Positions 1-20,527 of a DNA stretch of 64,000 nucleotides are shown one piece after another. The DNA is from Lingula anatina (lineage: Eukaryota > Animalia > Brachiopoda): positions 24,246,848 to 24,310,847 of the forward strand of contig CM120643.1 of assembly GCA_051362555.1 (NCBI GenBank), read 5' to 3'. Each line of letters starts with the position of its first letter. Positions within the stretch are counted from its first letter, which is position 1. The position numbers were made by a program, and so were the translations under genes. A model generated the notes under the pieces. The model saw nothing but the letters and a program-made list of their open reading frames with translations. It was not told the origin of the DNA and did not search any database.

Positions 1-67
1 AACTTTCACAAAATTATAAAGTGCTTACTTCACATAAAATGCCACAAAGTTTGCGTAAAAAACTTAC

Positions 68-796
68 TGTGTAAAAGTTTGTGTTCTGCCTCAGCTAACA
101 TCACTCTAGAGGTAGGTTTCCACCGGATCCAACTTCTCAACCAGCTGTCTCTGCATGTATTAAAATCCATCATCAAAATGATAAATGTAGTCAAAACATA
201 TTTTATATTTTAACTTTCCCTAATTATTTAATCACACTGTGACTTCACAAGTAAATGTTAGGCAACTGAGAGTGGTACACCTCAACTCGCAGTTGGAGTC
301 GGACCCGATCTAAACGTCCCTAATTGTCTCAGTTTTCGGGCTTGCAATGTACTGGTAAATGTAACTGTAACTTGTTATGTAAGGAAGCCAAACGAGGCAA
401 GTTCCAACAAAATCCAATTAGAACCCAAACAAAAATCAAATCCATTGAAGAGCTACAGAATGCACAGTAACTGGAAGTAGGTTGAACAATTTAGTTTAGT
501 ATGCTTTAGGTTGAGGTTTTGCTCTGCAATCAAACTTTACAACTGCACTAACTTAACAACCTACAGTGCAGGCAGCGTTGAACTTGGAAGTTGCCATCGT
601 TGTATTTCGTACTGTCCTAGTACAGACAATCGAAAAAATCTTTCATCGCAAGCCGTCTTCGAAATACCATACATCAATATAAAACCCAAAACTAAATAAT
701 TATTAAAAATACACTGTCAAAAGCTTACCTATCAACTTCCAGCTCTACATGTTGGGTTTGTAGCTGTGCGTTCTGTGCTGGAAGACTGTCTGCCAT
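68..796 (-). CDS. ABHD4: ABHD4/ABHD5 (CGI-58)-like alpha/beta-hydrolase, first two coding exons (gene continues off the left edge)
   Basis: Exon 796..729 (ATG; MADSLPAQNAQLQTQHVELEVD, donor GTAAGC) splices in frame to exon 150..68 (R-DSWLRSWIRWKPTSRVMLAEAEHKLLH, donor GTAAGT). The W-x-P-T-S...L..AE.K.L pattern matches the ABHD4/ABHD5 N-terminus; the two paralogues cannot be distinguished here. Confidence 0.7.
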
Positions 797-1084
797 TTTG
801 GAAAACCACCAAACGTCACGTGTCGCACACGTCATTTTAGGAATCCCCTGATCAAGATAGTCTTTCCTGTCAAACTTTTTGTTTACGTTTGATAATTCAT
901 TTTACACAGTGTCTTTGAATTTCAAGTGAACACATTTAGAAAATAAAGCTTTATATTGTGGAAAAGAATGCAATTTGATAATATTTTTTATAACGTTGAT
1001 AACGTTATTTGACACCACCCAACCTCAGTTTGTCCTCAAATCGCACGCCATCTGCTGGGTACATCTGCGCGTGGCGGGAACCTT
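797..1084. promoter_or_regulatory. Bidirectional promoter between ABHD4/5-like and HELLS
   Basis: Under 300 bp between divergent 5' ends and locally CpG-rich. GTCACGTG E-box at 815-822, E2F-type GGCGGGAA at 1073-1080, and a HELLS non-coding exon donor AG|GTAAGA at 1132/1133. Confidence 0.55.
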
Positions 1085-2109
1085 ATGCAAGCAGCTGATT
1101 CTTTTGGTGAAGGCGCTGTGTCTAAGTTCTAGGTAAGAAATAGGTTTTTGGTGCTTGAAATTGAACAAAATGCGTTTAAGTATATGCATTGATTAGATTA
1201 AATGGGTTGACTTATATGGACATGAGGCAAAAACTTGTGTAAGTCACTTCTGTCTGCCACTGCCTACGGGCATAGCAAAAGGAAATGGTTAGAATTCTGG
1301 CATAAAACACTGCCACCTACTAGTGCTACTTCTTCTGGTGGCTTGCAGTCTGTATAGATACAAGGCCTCCCATTCCCACCTTAACTGCCCCAGGAGAAAG
1401 ATTTTGTGCTTATGTAACTACAAAGATTGCGTTTTCTCCTTGAGGTCGGTACATTCAGATGTACTACTGGTACCCTGACGTAGATTTCGCCTTGGTTGAA
1501 AATATTTAATATATGAGTTTTACTCTGGATATTAACTGTGGATAAGGCCTTTATCAAGATAAATTAACTGAGTAGGGTCTTAAATTTACAGAGGAAGTAA
1601 ACAGAGGCAAAAGGGCCTTGGACTAATGTCTGTAACTTTATTTAAGCTCCTCTCCTACAACTAATTCTTTGGTCCCCAGTACACATGGGAGTGTCGGGTT
1701 ACAGAGCAGGTTAAAATGAGGTGGGGGAAGATATGGGGAATTAAAGAGGAAAAGGCATTTTCAGTGTGAGATCTTACATCATAGAAGCTTCTTATATCAC
1801 TCAAAAGTAGGCATTGCACGTTAAAGAGGGAGTGGGGATGGCGATGAGGCTGCTTCCTGCTGTTTTTCATTTCATAACAGCATGGGATGGTGTATTGAAT
1901 GTGACTACAATGATATGGATTCTAGAGAAAAAAGATGGGTTGTAAAAGTCCATTGTAAAAGCTGTAGAAGTGCACATACTGTCTGAAGGAAGAAAAGAGC
2001 TACATTGTAGCTTACTAAGAGGTTGGCTAAGAGGTTCTGATCAATTTTGGTTAATTTTAGCTAGGCTTTCCCTGTACAAACATACCCTAAAGCAAGGATT
2101 CCTGTATAA

Positions 2110-2655
2110 GAGCGCATTCTCAACGAATTAAGCCAGGCTTTACAAAGCCGGTGACCTAAAAATGGCGGACGTACATGAAAGAAAAACCGCCTAATCTTTT
2201 AATAGTCTCTCCGCCTCTCACACGCCTCCCCACACGTCGTCCCTGCGGGGTACAGTAATTTAATCTCGGCTCCGAACATTAATATTTCCGTGAATATCTC
2301 TGGTGATATTATCTCCGTAGATAGTCGATTCATTGCTGCTCTACGGGCCAAATTATTCCTTTTTCGTCTCTGTTTTCAAAGATAATAGAACAGAAGAGCT
2401 TTTTTCCTTCGATCGCCTTCAGCCGCCATGCTTTCTTCAACACGAGTTTAACTGATGAGCATGCGCACTTAATATTTCTCAGGTAGCTTCCGCATGGCGA
2501 ACGGAGCCGAGATTTAATTACTGTACCCCGCAGGGACGACGTGTGGGGAGGCGGAGAGACTATTAAAAGATTAGGCGGTTTTTCTTTCATGTACGTCCGC
2601 CATTTTTAGGTCACCGGCTTTGTAAAGCCTGGCTTAATTCGTTGAGAATGCGCTC
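2110..2655. mobile_element. PIF/Harbinger (Tourist-type) MITE in HELLS intron 1
   Basis: Near-perfect terminal inverted repeats of ~150-165 bp (GAGCGCATTCTCAACG... / ...CGTTGAGAATGCGCTC) flanked by a TAA target-site duplication (2107-2109, 2656-2658); no coding capacity. Confidence 0.85.
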
Positions 2656-3644
2656 TAAGACTTTAAAGAGAACAGTTTTCTAATAGGATGTTTGTTAGGG
2701 CGATGAACCTCAATGAATCAGGGGCTAGTCTTTCAGGTTCCCTGGTGATTTATTAGTAATGAGATAAACCTAATACCCTGTGGAGAGATTAGAGGAGATT
2801 GTGGTCCTGTAGTTATTATTGGTTCCTTAGCTGCATCAAGCTGAGCAGGGTTCATGTTATTGTTAGATCTTGAGGATTTAGGTCCAGTTCACCAAGTGCT
2901 TTATATTTGGACTTGACTCCATGGAGAGGTTGACTCCACCTTAAACTTTTAACAAATGAATGTTTTGTGAAAAATGTGTTATCTTTCTGTAAGGTATTTG
3001 TTGATGTTTTTTTTCTCGTAAATCATCAGAACTTTCTTTTGCAGTTAGCTTACAGCCATTGTTGATGGTTTGATGTCACTTTTTATAGGCAAACACTGTT
3101 TGGATAATATTTGTTTTTGTGTCTAAGGTCAGGTGGGGAAGAGTAGCTACAGGTATAATAGTCTTAATTGGCCTACCTATGCTCTGTAGCTAATTTGAGA
3201 TAATAAAGTGACAGGAGTAGGTAAAATAAGTGGTGTTACATTTAATGTGATTACACAGGGTAATTACAGGGCATGGATCTAATTGTTTTCACAACTCAAC
3301 AAGTTGGGCTTAAACAGTCACAGGTTTTTGTATTTTTGCAGAAGAGCATAAATAAAGAAATCTCAAACATGTGGAATATTCACCAGACATTACTAGTAGT
3401 CTATCAGTTTAGTTTTGAAATAAATTGAGTCTTGCAGGTTAACCTTAAATTTTGTATTTTTTTTCTCTCCAACATGATATCAAACCCAGTTTATTTTCTC
3501 TTTTCAAGGGACGAGACATTTGAGATAATTCACCTGCCAACGCATGAATAACAGCTCGCCTGTTGAGAAACAACAGATCCAATATTTCTGCCTAGTGTCC
3601 AGCTATCATTATTAGGTGACCACTCACCATTTAGAAAGCCCACA

Positions 3645-12314
<8,670 letters not shown>

Positions 12315-13251
12315 GAATTGAGACTTTGAACCTTCCATTATCCTCTTTTAAACAGAGTCTAATGCCTCCTCACTTCAAAACTTTAACTTTATTTATTTAT
12401 TTATTTATTTATTTATAATGCTAAATTTAACAGCTTCAGTAACAGTGCCATTGCTGACATTTGACAGTTTATTAAAATGCAATAGATATGTGCATTTTTT
12501 TCCATCTGACAAGATGTTTGAGAAGAATATAACAATGTTGATGTTAAAGAGGGACCAGGTTCATTTAATTACAAACAAGGACGACACGTAAGAAATAGAC
12601 TCTCTAACCTGGAACTCTTTGGAAGAATTTCATATGCAGGGAAAAAGCATGGCGATGTTTTTCATTTCAAATTTTTGGAAGTAAAATTGGTGAAGAATGG
12701 TGGCATATGTTTCATTTTCTTGATTAAAATGTACATTTGGCTTAATTTTATAAAGGTAGAATAGGTTCAGTAGACTGTAAGTTGGTGAAACAATATGAAA
12801 GTTGCAATATGAACTGTGGAATTCAAAATGAAAGATATTGTAATGGAAGCTGCAATTCTAGTTTTATAGGTTTAGATGTTCAAAGTGTCAGGCTATTTTG
12901 TTTACTGGAAAGTTGTTATTAGTTGTTAATTTGGTCAGTATGGAAAAAATGGAGAGAATTTTATGGGTCATAAGCTGGAAACCAGACAGGTTTCACTATA
13001 TCCACGCGTGTAAATTTTGTGTAGAAAATAACTTTAAAACCATAACATTATTTTTGTAGTTTTGATATTCTGTATGTTGATGCTAGTGAACCAAGTAAAG
13101 TATTATTCAGATAAAAAGGTTTTCTTGTCATAATTTTAATGATTTTGATGGCCATGCACTTGCACCAATAACACGAGAAGTGGAAAACCGTTTTACCTTT
13201 TGGCTTGAAACTTACAGAACTGATGAATATTAATAATGTGCAGGTCAGCAG

Positions 13252-13531
13252 TTTTGCTGTTTTTTCGCTTTTTTCAGAATATATGCAACACTGATAACAC
13301 ACTTCAAGGAAAACCCATAGGCCTATTGTCTTGAAACCTACAGGAGTGATTAATCTTACTAAAATAAAATAAAAGGTTGAGTTAAAAAATCAGCTTGATT
13401 TGACCAATTTTTACAAAAGTTATGCTGTTTTTTTGACTTTTTCCTGCATATATGCAACACTTATAACACATTTCAAGGAAAACCGATCTGCCTATTGTCT
13501 TGCAACTCACAGGAGTGATCAATCTTAATAA
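13252..13531. repeat. Degenerate direct repeat (~110 bp unit, ~170 bp period)
   Basis: ATATGCAACAC.ATAACAC..TTCAAGGAAAACC...CCTATTGTCTTG...ACAGGAGTGAT.AATCTTA occurs at ~13252-13362 and ~13421-13531. Confidence 0.7.
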
Positions 13532-14102
13532 TGTATTCAATGTTTTGCTGATTACACTGGGTGTGGCTGTCAGGGATTTCTTGACATTTGGGTAAACATC
13601 TGTACAGGTGTACTTATGTCTGGCTGGTTTTTTATATACTGAAAATATAAACGCAGGAAAAAAATGGGATTTGTTTTTATATAATCATCTACAGTGCACG
13701 GTTAGCAGTAACAGTATATATTACTTTACAACTGAACGTTAATTTGTGGCTATACCAGTCGATGTGGAGTCAATTATCCCCGAGTAATGGCATCAAAAAC
13801 ACAGAGGGGGGTCAAATTTAACGAGGTCAGTACCTTGCGTGCCTAGCATTTGCCTCACATTATCGCTGTGCCCTACGAGGGTTTCCAGTTCCTCAAACAT
13901 CCAACTTCGTGTGGCAATCCCCTGGGGTCCGTAACTCGAAAGCATCGCGTATTGCGAATAGCGATATTTCGTAGAGGCTAGTACAGTGAGTTATGGAATC
14001 AAGACACTTGCGCTCGGTCGTAATTTGCGTGATGCTTTCGAGTTAGTTCGAGTAGGAGGAACGGGACAACATGCCCCAGGACAAGATTCACCTCACAGTC
14101 GT

Positions 14103-16021
14103 GTCGGTGCACCGCTCTGTGTGAGGCCTACGGTTGAATTTGAATTTTTATATCTGGGTTCAGCATACTTACCAATATTTTAAAAGCCAACAGTACTTTT
14201 GTTTTACTTCAAATTTGCGGGGTGACTCCATTAGGCAAGAAGGCAGGTTACTTTGAAAACCGGCTTGATTGAATTACTTTACAAAAGATATTGCTTTGTT
14301 GATTTATTGATTTGATATTTTAAATAGGGCCTATTATTGTAATATTTTTGGTTGTTTGTATATTTGCCAGTATTGCTGTTTAATTATTTGTATTATTTTA
14401 TTTAGTAATTTACTTTTTTAGCAAATTTACTTTTATTTCTTGAGAAAGAAAAAGCGATCGTCTTCTTGAGAATGCCCATGGATAGGCCTATATAAACCAA
14501 CCATGCTACTTGGTGATTTTTAACTTATTTTCACAAAGACTTGGGGGCTTTATTAAGCGATAGCTAACTTTTCCTTTGTCTTTTCTCCATCAAAGTATTT
14601 CACATTCTTTTCAGTCGGTGTCTTAACGAGAATTCAACCTAAGGCGATCCTAAATATCCTGCCTGTAGGCCTACATGTGCAGAGGTAGGCCTTCAAAGGT
14701 TGCCCAACCCCAAACGTTTTTCCCCGTTTTTCTATTCTCTGTTCAAATAAGGTAAAGGTATCTCACTTTCATCTGAATTGTGAAGTTACTCTGACTTAGT
14801 GCCGAGGAATATTGTGGCTATGACGGAGCAGTGGATCAATAGACAGTAATATTCCGTGCTGGTATGAAAACGAGGCCGCTGCTTGGTGATTGTATGGGAA
14901 CAAAGGAAATGCGTCTGATCTATAAATAGCTTGCTTATGTCACTGGGATTCCCATGTAGACGGCATATAAGGACGGAACAGTAGGCCTATACAGTAAAAA
15001 CATTGACAGTAAAAGATCTCAGGTTGGACAACGCGTCGTCTGTTGACAGGTATGACATTTTTTGGTGCAAAACATTTAATGATATTCACATCTATCCGTA
15101 GATTTCAAATTTATGTTCATTTACCAATACGTGGCGTTGGCAATTTCAAAATGAGGTCTAATTCCTACTGTAGATACGTTGTACACTGGTTTTGGACATC
15201 TTTGCTTATTACATTTCTAACCATGGGCCAAACAAAATTGAAAATATAGGCCCATTTTTAAACTGGTATACACTATTTTCAATGCCCTTTGAACAATTAT
15301 TTTTAGGGTATAAGCATAAAGGTTGCCTTTTATGATAAACGACTTACATGTCATTGACAGTACCACGAATAATAGGCCCTATAGGCGGAATTCTAACTCA
15401 CCATTCCCCATAGAATCTCTGTATATTATTTATTGACACCTGGCGGCTCTTTTTGCTGACCATTCGGGGCAATATATAAACAAGCTATTCTTTTAACATA
15501 TATGTAAAAACAAGAAGTGATTAAAATAACTGAGTATGATCGATTATTCGACAAAGTGAAGTATAAGCTTTAGGGTTGGGGGCTAGGCAGGGGTTGGGTA
15601 GGCGTCACGTGGTTATCTCCCCCTCATCTGTATTGCAATTTCCGGGATGGATACCTTGTCCACGTTATACATCATACCCCATGACAAGATTAACCCAAGG
15701 AGTTATAACTCCTTGATTAACCACACGATCGTGTCCATGCACCGTCGGCGCACCGCTCTGTGTGAGGCACACGGTTGAATTTGAATTTAATTTTTGTTAT
15801 TTTGGTTCAGCATATACTTACTAATATTTTTAAAGCCAACAGTACTTTTGTTTAACTTCAAATTTGCGGGGTGACTCCATTAGGCAAGAAGGCAGGTTAC
15901 TCAGAAAACCGGCTTGATTGGATTGCTTTACAAAGATAGGACCTATTGCTTTGTTGAGTTCATTGATTTGATTTTTGTAAATATTATTGTAATATTTTTG
16001 GTTGTTTGTATATTTGCCAGT
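14103..16021 (+). repeat. ~270-bp direct repeat (copies 14103-14371 and 15744-16021) upstream of the caspase CDS
   Basis: Both copies run from GTCGG.GCACCGCTCTGTGTGAGGC through AAATTTGCGGGGTGACTCCATTAGGCAAGAAGGCAGGTTAC to GTTTGTATATTTGCCAGT, with small indels. Confidence 0.9.
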
Positions 16022-16184
16022 TTTTCACTTAGTTATTGTGAGTTATTAAAATAGTTATTTTCACTTGACAACTTCTCATTTGACCAAAATGTTTGACGCT
16101 CAATTTGCTCTTAAGATTGATTGATTTTTATCTGTGGGATTTAATTATGTTCCAGGTGTTTCCTAACATTTAAACCAATTTAAA

Positions 16185-17959
16185 ATGAAGACCTTTGACC
16201 TTCCAACCACGTATGCCTCAGCCAACAACACGATGATTGTAAAGGCCGCGACAATACTTATACCAACACTATTAGGTTTGGCCTCCCTTGGGATTTTGTT
16301 TTTGAGACGAAGAAAAAATCAGAACGGTTGGCTCAGTCGCAAATCCGTGCCTCTAAATGATAAGAGTAATTTCTTCCGCTTGACCCGTCTTCTATTAGAC
16401 TTTGGTGGCAATGTGCTGCGCGATTTCTTGTCTCGCGAAATGCAGAAGAAATACCCAAATGATTTTGACCCCACATCTGGTAATATGCGAGGAGTGCTGA
16501 CAAAGGTGCAAAGCATTTTGTGCAATATGCCTAAAAAGATATTTAACGACTCTCAAAGAAAATTCTGCTATCCTGGGGGCACTCCAGCCACAAATGTGTT
16601 CTTGGATGATATAGACATAACATTGGCAGGGGTTTTGTTGAGAAATATTACCACATTGTCGCCAAACTCGTCAAAATGGTCAAAACCATCTGCGACAGAT
16701 ACAGACCCTATTGCTCTTCTTAGCAGATTTAGAACGCATAGAAATATATTCCACGGACATGCTTCAAACGCAGCCATTGAAACCACACCGTTTCTGAAAC
16801 TTTTCCATGAGATAAAAGATTTGCTCCTTGGCCTCTCGACGATTTACTCCAAGGCAGACTACCTATCACTTCTTGAAGAACCCTTGGATTCGAATCTGGT
16901 CACCAAAAACTCTGAGCTCTTCGAAAGATGGATTCATGTACAGAATATGCCTATTGAGGAAGTTGAGCATAGGTTGTCCGACAGTATTGTGAAGGAACTG
17001 AGGTATCTCCGTGAGACAACCAATAATGGTTTTGAGAGGCTGTCACAGTTGCTAAATGGCGCTGGTAACCAATTACTTCCCCCAAGTTCGGTTCAAGCTG
17101 GCGGGGTTCCAAAAACTGTAGAAACCCCTACCACCAGAGGTGTTCCAACAAGTGGTGAAACCCCCACCACCGGAGATGTTCCAACAACTGGAGAAACCCC
17201 CACCACCGGTGATGTTCCAACAACAGGAGAAACCCCCACCACCGGAGATGTTCCAACAACAGGAGAAACACCCACCACCGGAGATGTTCAAACAACTGGA
17301 GAAACCCCCGCTACCGGAGGTGTTCAAACAACTGGAGAAACCCCCACCACTGGTGTTGTTCCAACAACTGGAGAAACCCCCTCCATCAAAGATTTGACAA
17401 ATGAAAATCACACTAACATAGAGTTTAAAGCAATCGAAGAAAAACCCAATGCCCGAGACATCCCTACAAATTCAACGACTGAAGTTATCTATAAGAGAGA
17501 AAAATATTCTCCAGCTGAGTCATCTCCTTTTTTCCGCGCCATTGAGGTTTTACACACGGATAATGTAATAAAAGGTTAGGCTTGATAAGGGATAAAATAT
17601 GATCCAACAGAATCCAACTTCAGATATCTTGTGTGTTTTTATCCAACTGATGTATACATACTAATACTCGAAGTACATATACCTCATTTAAGAGCGTGCA
17701 TTATACGACGGTTTAAAGAAAATGATTTTTGTATTTAACAGTGTCTATTTGTTATTTTCTACAAAGACAGTTAAATCTCTTTTCCAGCCGAGGCTGAAGA
17801 GGCCTGCGAAGTGGAAATAAAACCCTGCACCGACGAATTTTATGAAACATTCGCAAATGATCCAGATGTACGTGTTTTTTTATATTTTATAAGCTGATTT
17901 TGACAAATCTTTGAGATTTTCACTTGAATTAATATTTTCCTAACTTACGCTCTCGCTCC

Positions 17960-18005
<46 letters not shown>

Positions 18006-20205
18006 ACTCTTTCTCTTGCTAATATGACTTGTTCATCGGCATTTAATACTGCTGGGTTAAATAACTCCTTTTTGTCCATGTTTTCAGGAATTTTCGCAGT
18101 ATCAGAAATCAGTCATGACGGAGATCTTAGCTGGACATAACTAGTTTTTATATTGGCATCTCGTCTGATCAGTTGCAGTTTATGAAATATATACGTCATT
18201 GTCTTTAAATAGGTTTATTCCAATACATCGACTCCAAGAGGAAGGGCTGTCGTTATTAATAACGAGATGTACAGCTGCGGCAACCTGAGAAATCGCACAG
18301 GGACGGATGCAGACTCAGAGACACTGCAGAATCTCTTGTATCAATTACAGTATAGGGTCCAGGTCCACCACGACCTTTCTTCGGAGGTATATGCGCAGTA
18401 ATATACATTCACGTAATTTGTTGTCAAAGAGAATTATTTAATTATTTCCTTTTGCAATTTATACAGTAAAATGTATAGCTATAGCTAAAGCATGGCTATT
18501 ATTCTAAGAGCAGAAACAAACGGAGTTATAGTATTGTCCAGCCGTTTTACTTTTATTAGACGCTTGTTAATACGGAAGTTCACTCAAAGTGACAAATATC
18601 AGTTATTAGGGATAAAATGGCTTGCACCAGAAATGAATTTTCTTCGAGAAACGATGTCCGTGGCCTTTAGATTAACAACATATCAAGACATGCGTTTGGT
18701 ACAACTTTCATTATGTATATATTACAGCAAATACATAGACTGCTGGAGCGTGAAAGCAAAAGGGATGTTCACAAAAAGTACGACTCCTTCATCCTGATAA
18801 TACTGACTCATGGGACCAAAGAAGGAATGTATGGAACAGATGGAAATTTGGTGCCCTATGACGTCATCAAACAGTATTTCAACAACGCTAACTGCGAAGG
18901 CTTGAGAGGAAAGCCGAAGATTGTTATTATACAATCTTGCCTTGGAAGTGAGTGCTGAAATAAATATAAGCCCACAGCATGCCATGTTATAGTATTGTAA
19001 AGGATTTCACATTGAATTTCTTAATGGAGATGTCTTTCTTTATACCCACAGTAGAGATTTCATAATGTGGTGGTTAAATAGTCTTGCAAACGGCGAATTC
19101 TTTAAGTTTTAAGTGATTTTTAAATTATTAAAATAAATTATTAAAATAAATTATTAAAATAAAGGGATTAGTTGTATTAAAGTATAAAAAAAGGGCTGTA
19201 ATTCATTTGCAGAATTAATGGATGAAGGGGTGCCACTCAAACAATTAGATGCTCTCCCAGCATCACTACCCCATATCGAAGAAAAATGGCAGCAAATATC
19301 GGTTGCCGACGGTCATCCAACATTAGAGGAAAACAAAGAAAAAGACTCACTGTTGTGCGTTACAGAGGAAAGAAGAGATGCTGACTCACAGCGGGGGGAG
19401 CCATTGGATGAAAAACTGCCAACCATGGCCGATTTTCTTGTGGCTTACGCCACTACTCCAGGTATATTTTGTTTGAAAATTGGTATCCAAGATCATAAAA
19501 GAGAAAAAAATATTTCCTTTTCTTCACACACTTTTTGCGCTCTTTTAAAAGTTAATATAAATTCATTGATGTAAAAAGGGCCCGAGAAATATTCAAAATT
19601 GAAGAAATTGAAAAATGCTAACTTTTAAGTGTTACTTGTTGAATGAAGGTCGTTTTTCTCAAATGGTTTCTTTCCGAGACGGCAGGTAGATATTAATGGT
19701 AATTTGAAGCTTATTAAAATAGATTTCCAGAAGAATTAAACCCATTCATATGTTAATTGTATATTTTTTACAGATTACGTAGCAATGCGAGACACTAAAA
19801 CTGGTACTTGGTTTATCCAAGGAATAGCGTCAGTTTTTGCCAAATATGCCTGCACAGAAGACGCGGTGTCTCTTTTTGGCAAGGTAAAGCGTTTTGTTTT
19901 AAGTTCATTAATACTTATAAACTATTTTTGATTGAATACAAACATTACCAAAATATATACAAGTCTTAGTAAGACCTTTGTATACGCACTGCAGTAGCAT
20001 ATGACTTCTAGACCAGAATGTTTGGATAAATTGTGCGTCATTTATGTATGGATAACTTTAATGCCTGAAAACTGAAGTATATTATTTCATTTTACAGGTC
20101 AATGCTCACATCGCAAAGCGGCAAACACGGGGATTGGGTATCAAACAGGTGTCCTCATTTGAAAGCACACTATTGAAGAAAGTTTATTTCTTCCCCGGCC
20201 GCTAA
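16185..20205 (+). CDS. Caspase-2-like protease with N-terminal transmembrane anchor, DZIP3-type HEPN domain and Thr/Pro repeat linker, 7 coding exons, ~776 aa
   Basis: Exons 16185-17574, 17788-17867, 18213-18386, 18728-18947, 19213-19461, 19774-19883 and 20098-20205 join in frame. Caspase motifs: IKPCTDEFY, PRGRAVVINN, RTGTDAD, ILTHG (catalytic His), KPKIVIIQSCLG (catalytic Cys), LPTMADFLVAYATTP, AMRDTKTGTWFIQ, STLLKKVYFFPG. Exon 1 has hydrophobic ILIPTLLGLASLGILFL-RRRK, then NFFRLTRLLLDFG, DITL..LLRN and RNIFHGH. Confidence 0.88.
17095..17385 (+). repeat. Coding minisatellite, 36-nt unit x ~8 (TTGETPTTGDVP)
   Basis: Tandem GGAGAAACCCCCACCACCGGAGATGTTCCAACAACT-like units within the 464-aa ORF, with no spacers. 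Confidence 0.9.
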
Positions 20206-20479
20206 ACAATAGGCCTACTATTGTTGTTTGTGCTATTGATAAAGGCTATTTTTCTGTCAGTAAAGAAGAAAACGTTTAAGTTGTGAAATTAATGGCTTAC
20301 GCTCTCATTAGTTGCAATTGATAAATGAGAGAAATCAAATGAGCGCAAGCCCAGCAAGTTGTTGACGGCAAGTTTAATTTCCTTGTTTTAAACAAGAATG
20401 GAAAAACATAACTTTTGGTATGGTTTAAGTATGATGTAATGCAAGCAATATTTCAGATTTCCAACTGAAAACAAGGCTC

Positions 20480-20527
20480 AGAGAGATTGCCTAAGAAAGA
20501 TTGCCTAAGAGAGATTGCCTAAGAAAG
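20480..20527. repeat. 14-bp tandem repeat (AGATTGCCTAAGAR) x3 in the caspase 3' region
   Basis: gagagattgcctaagaaagattgcctaagagagattgcctaagaaaga. Confidence 0.8.

Noticed and set aside
2330-2590. 86-aa ORF in HELLS intron 1
   Set aside because: Lies within the MITE inverted repeat and shows no transposase similarity.
13800-13930. Possible tRNA-derived SINE or tRNA remnant
   Set aside because: No convincing A/B boxes, cloverleaf, tail or TSD could be identified by eye.
17095-17385. 36-bp repeats resembling a CRISPR array next to a HEPN domain
   Set aside because: Units are head-to-tail with no unique spacers and lie in frame within a eukaryotic exon. The overlapping ORFs in other frames are by-products of the repeat.
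16185-17579. 464-aa ORF as a separate single-exon HEPN gene
   Set aside because: A phase-1 donor at 17574 matches the phase-1 acceptor at 17788, and no other start or CARD exon for the caspase is visible. cDNA confirmation is still needed.
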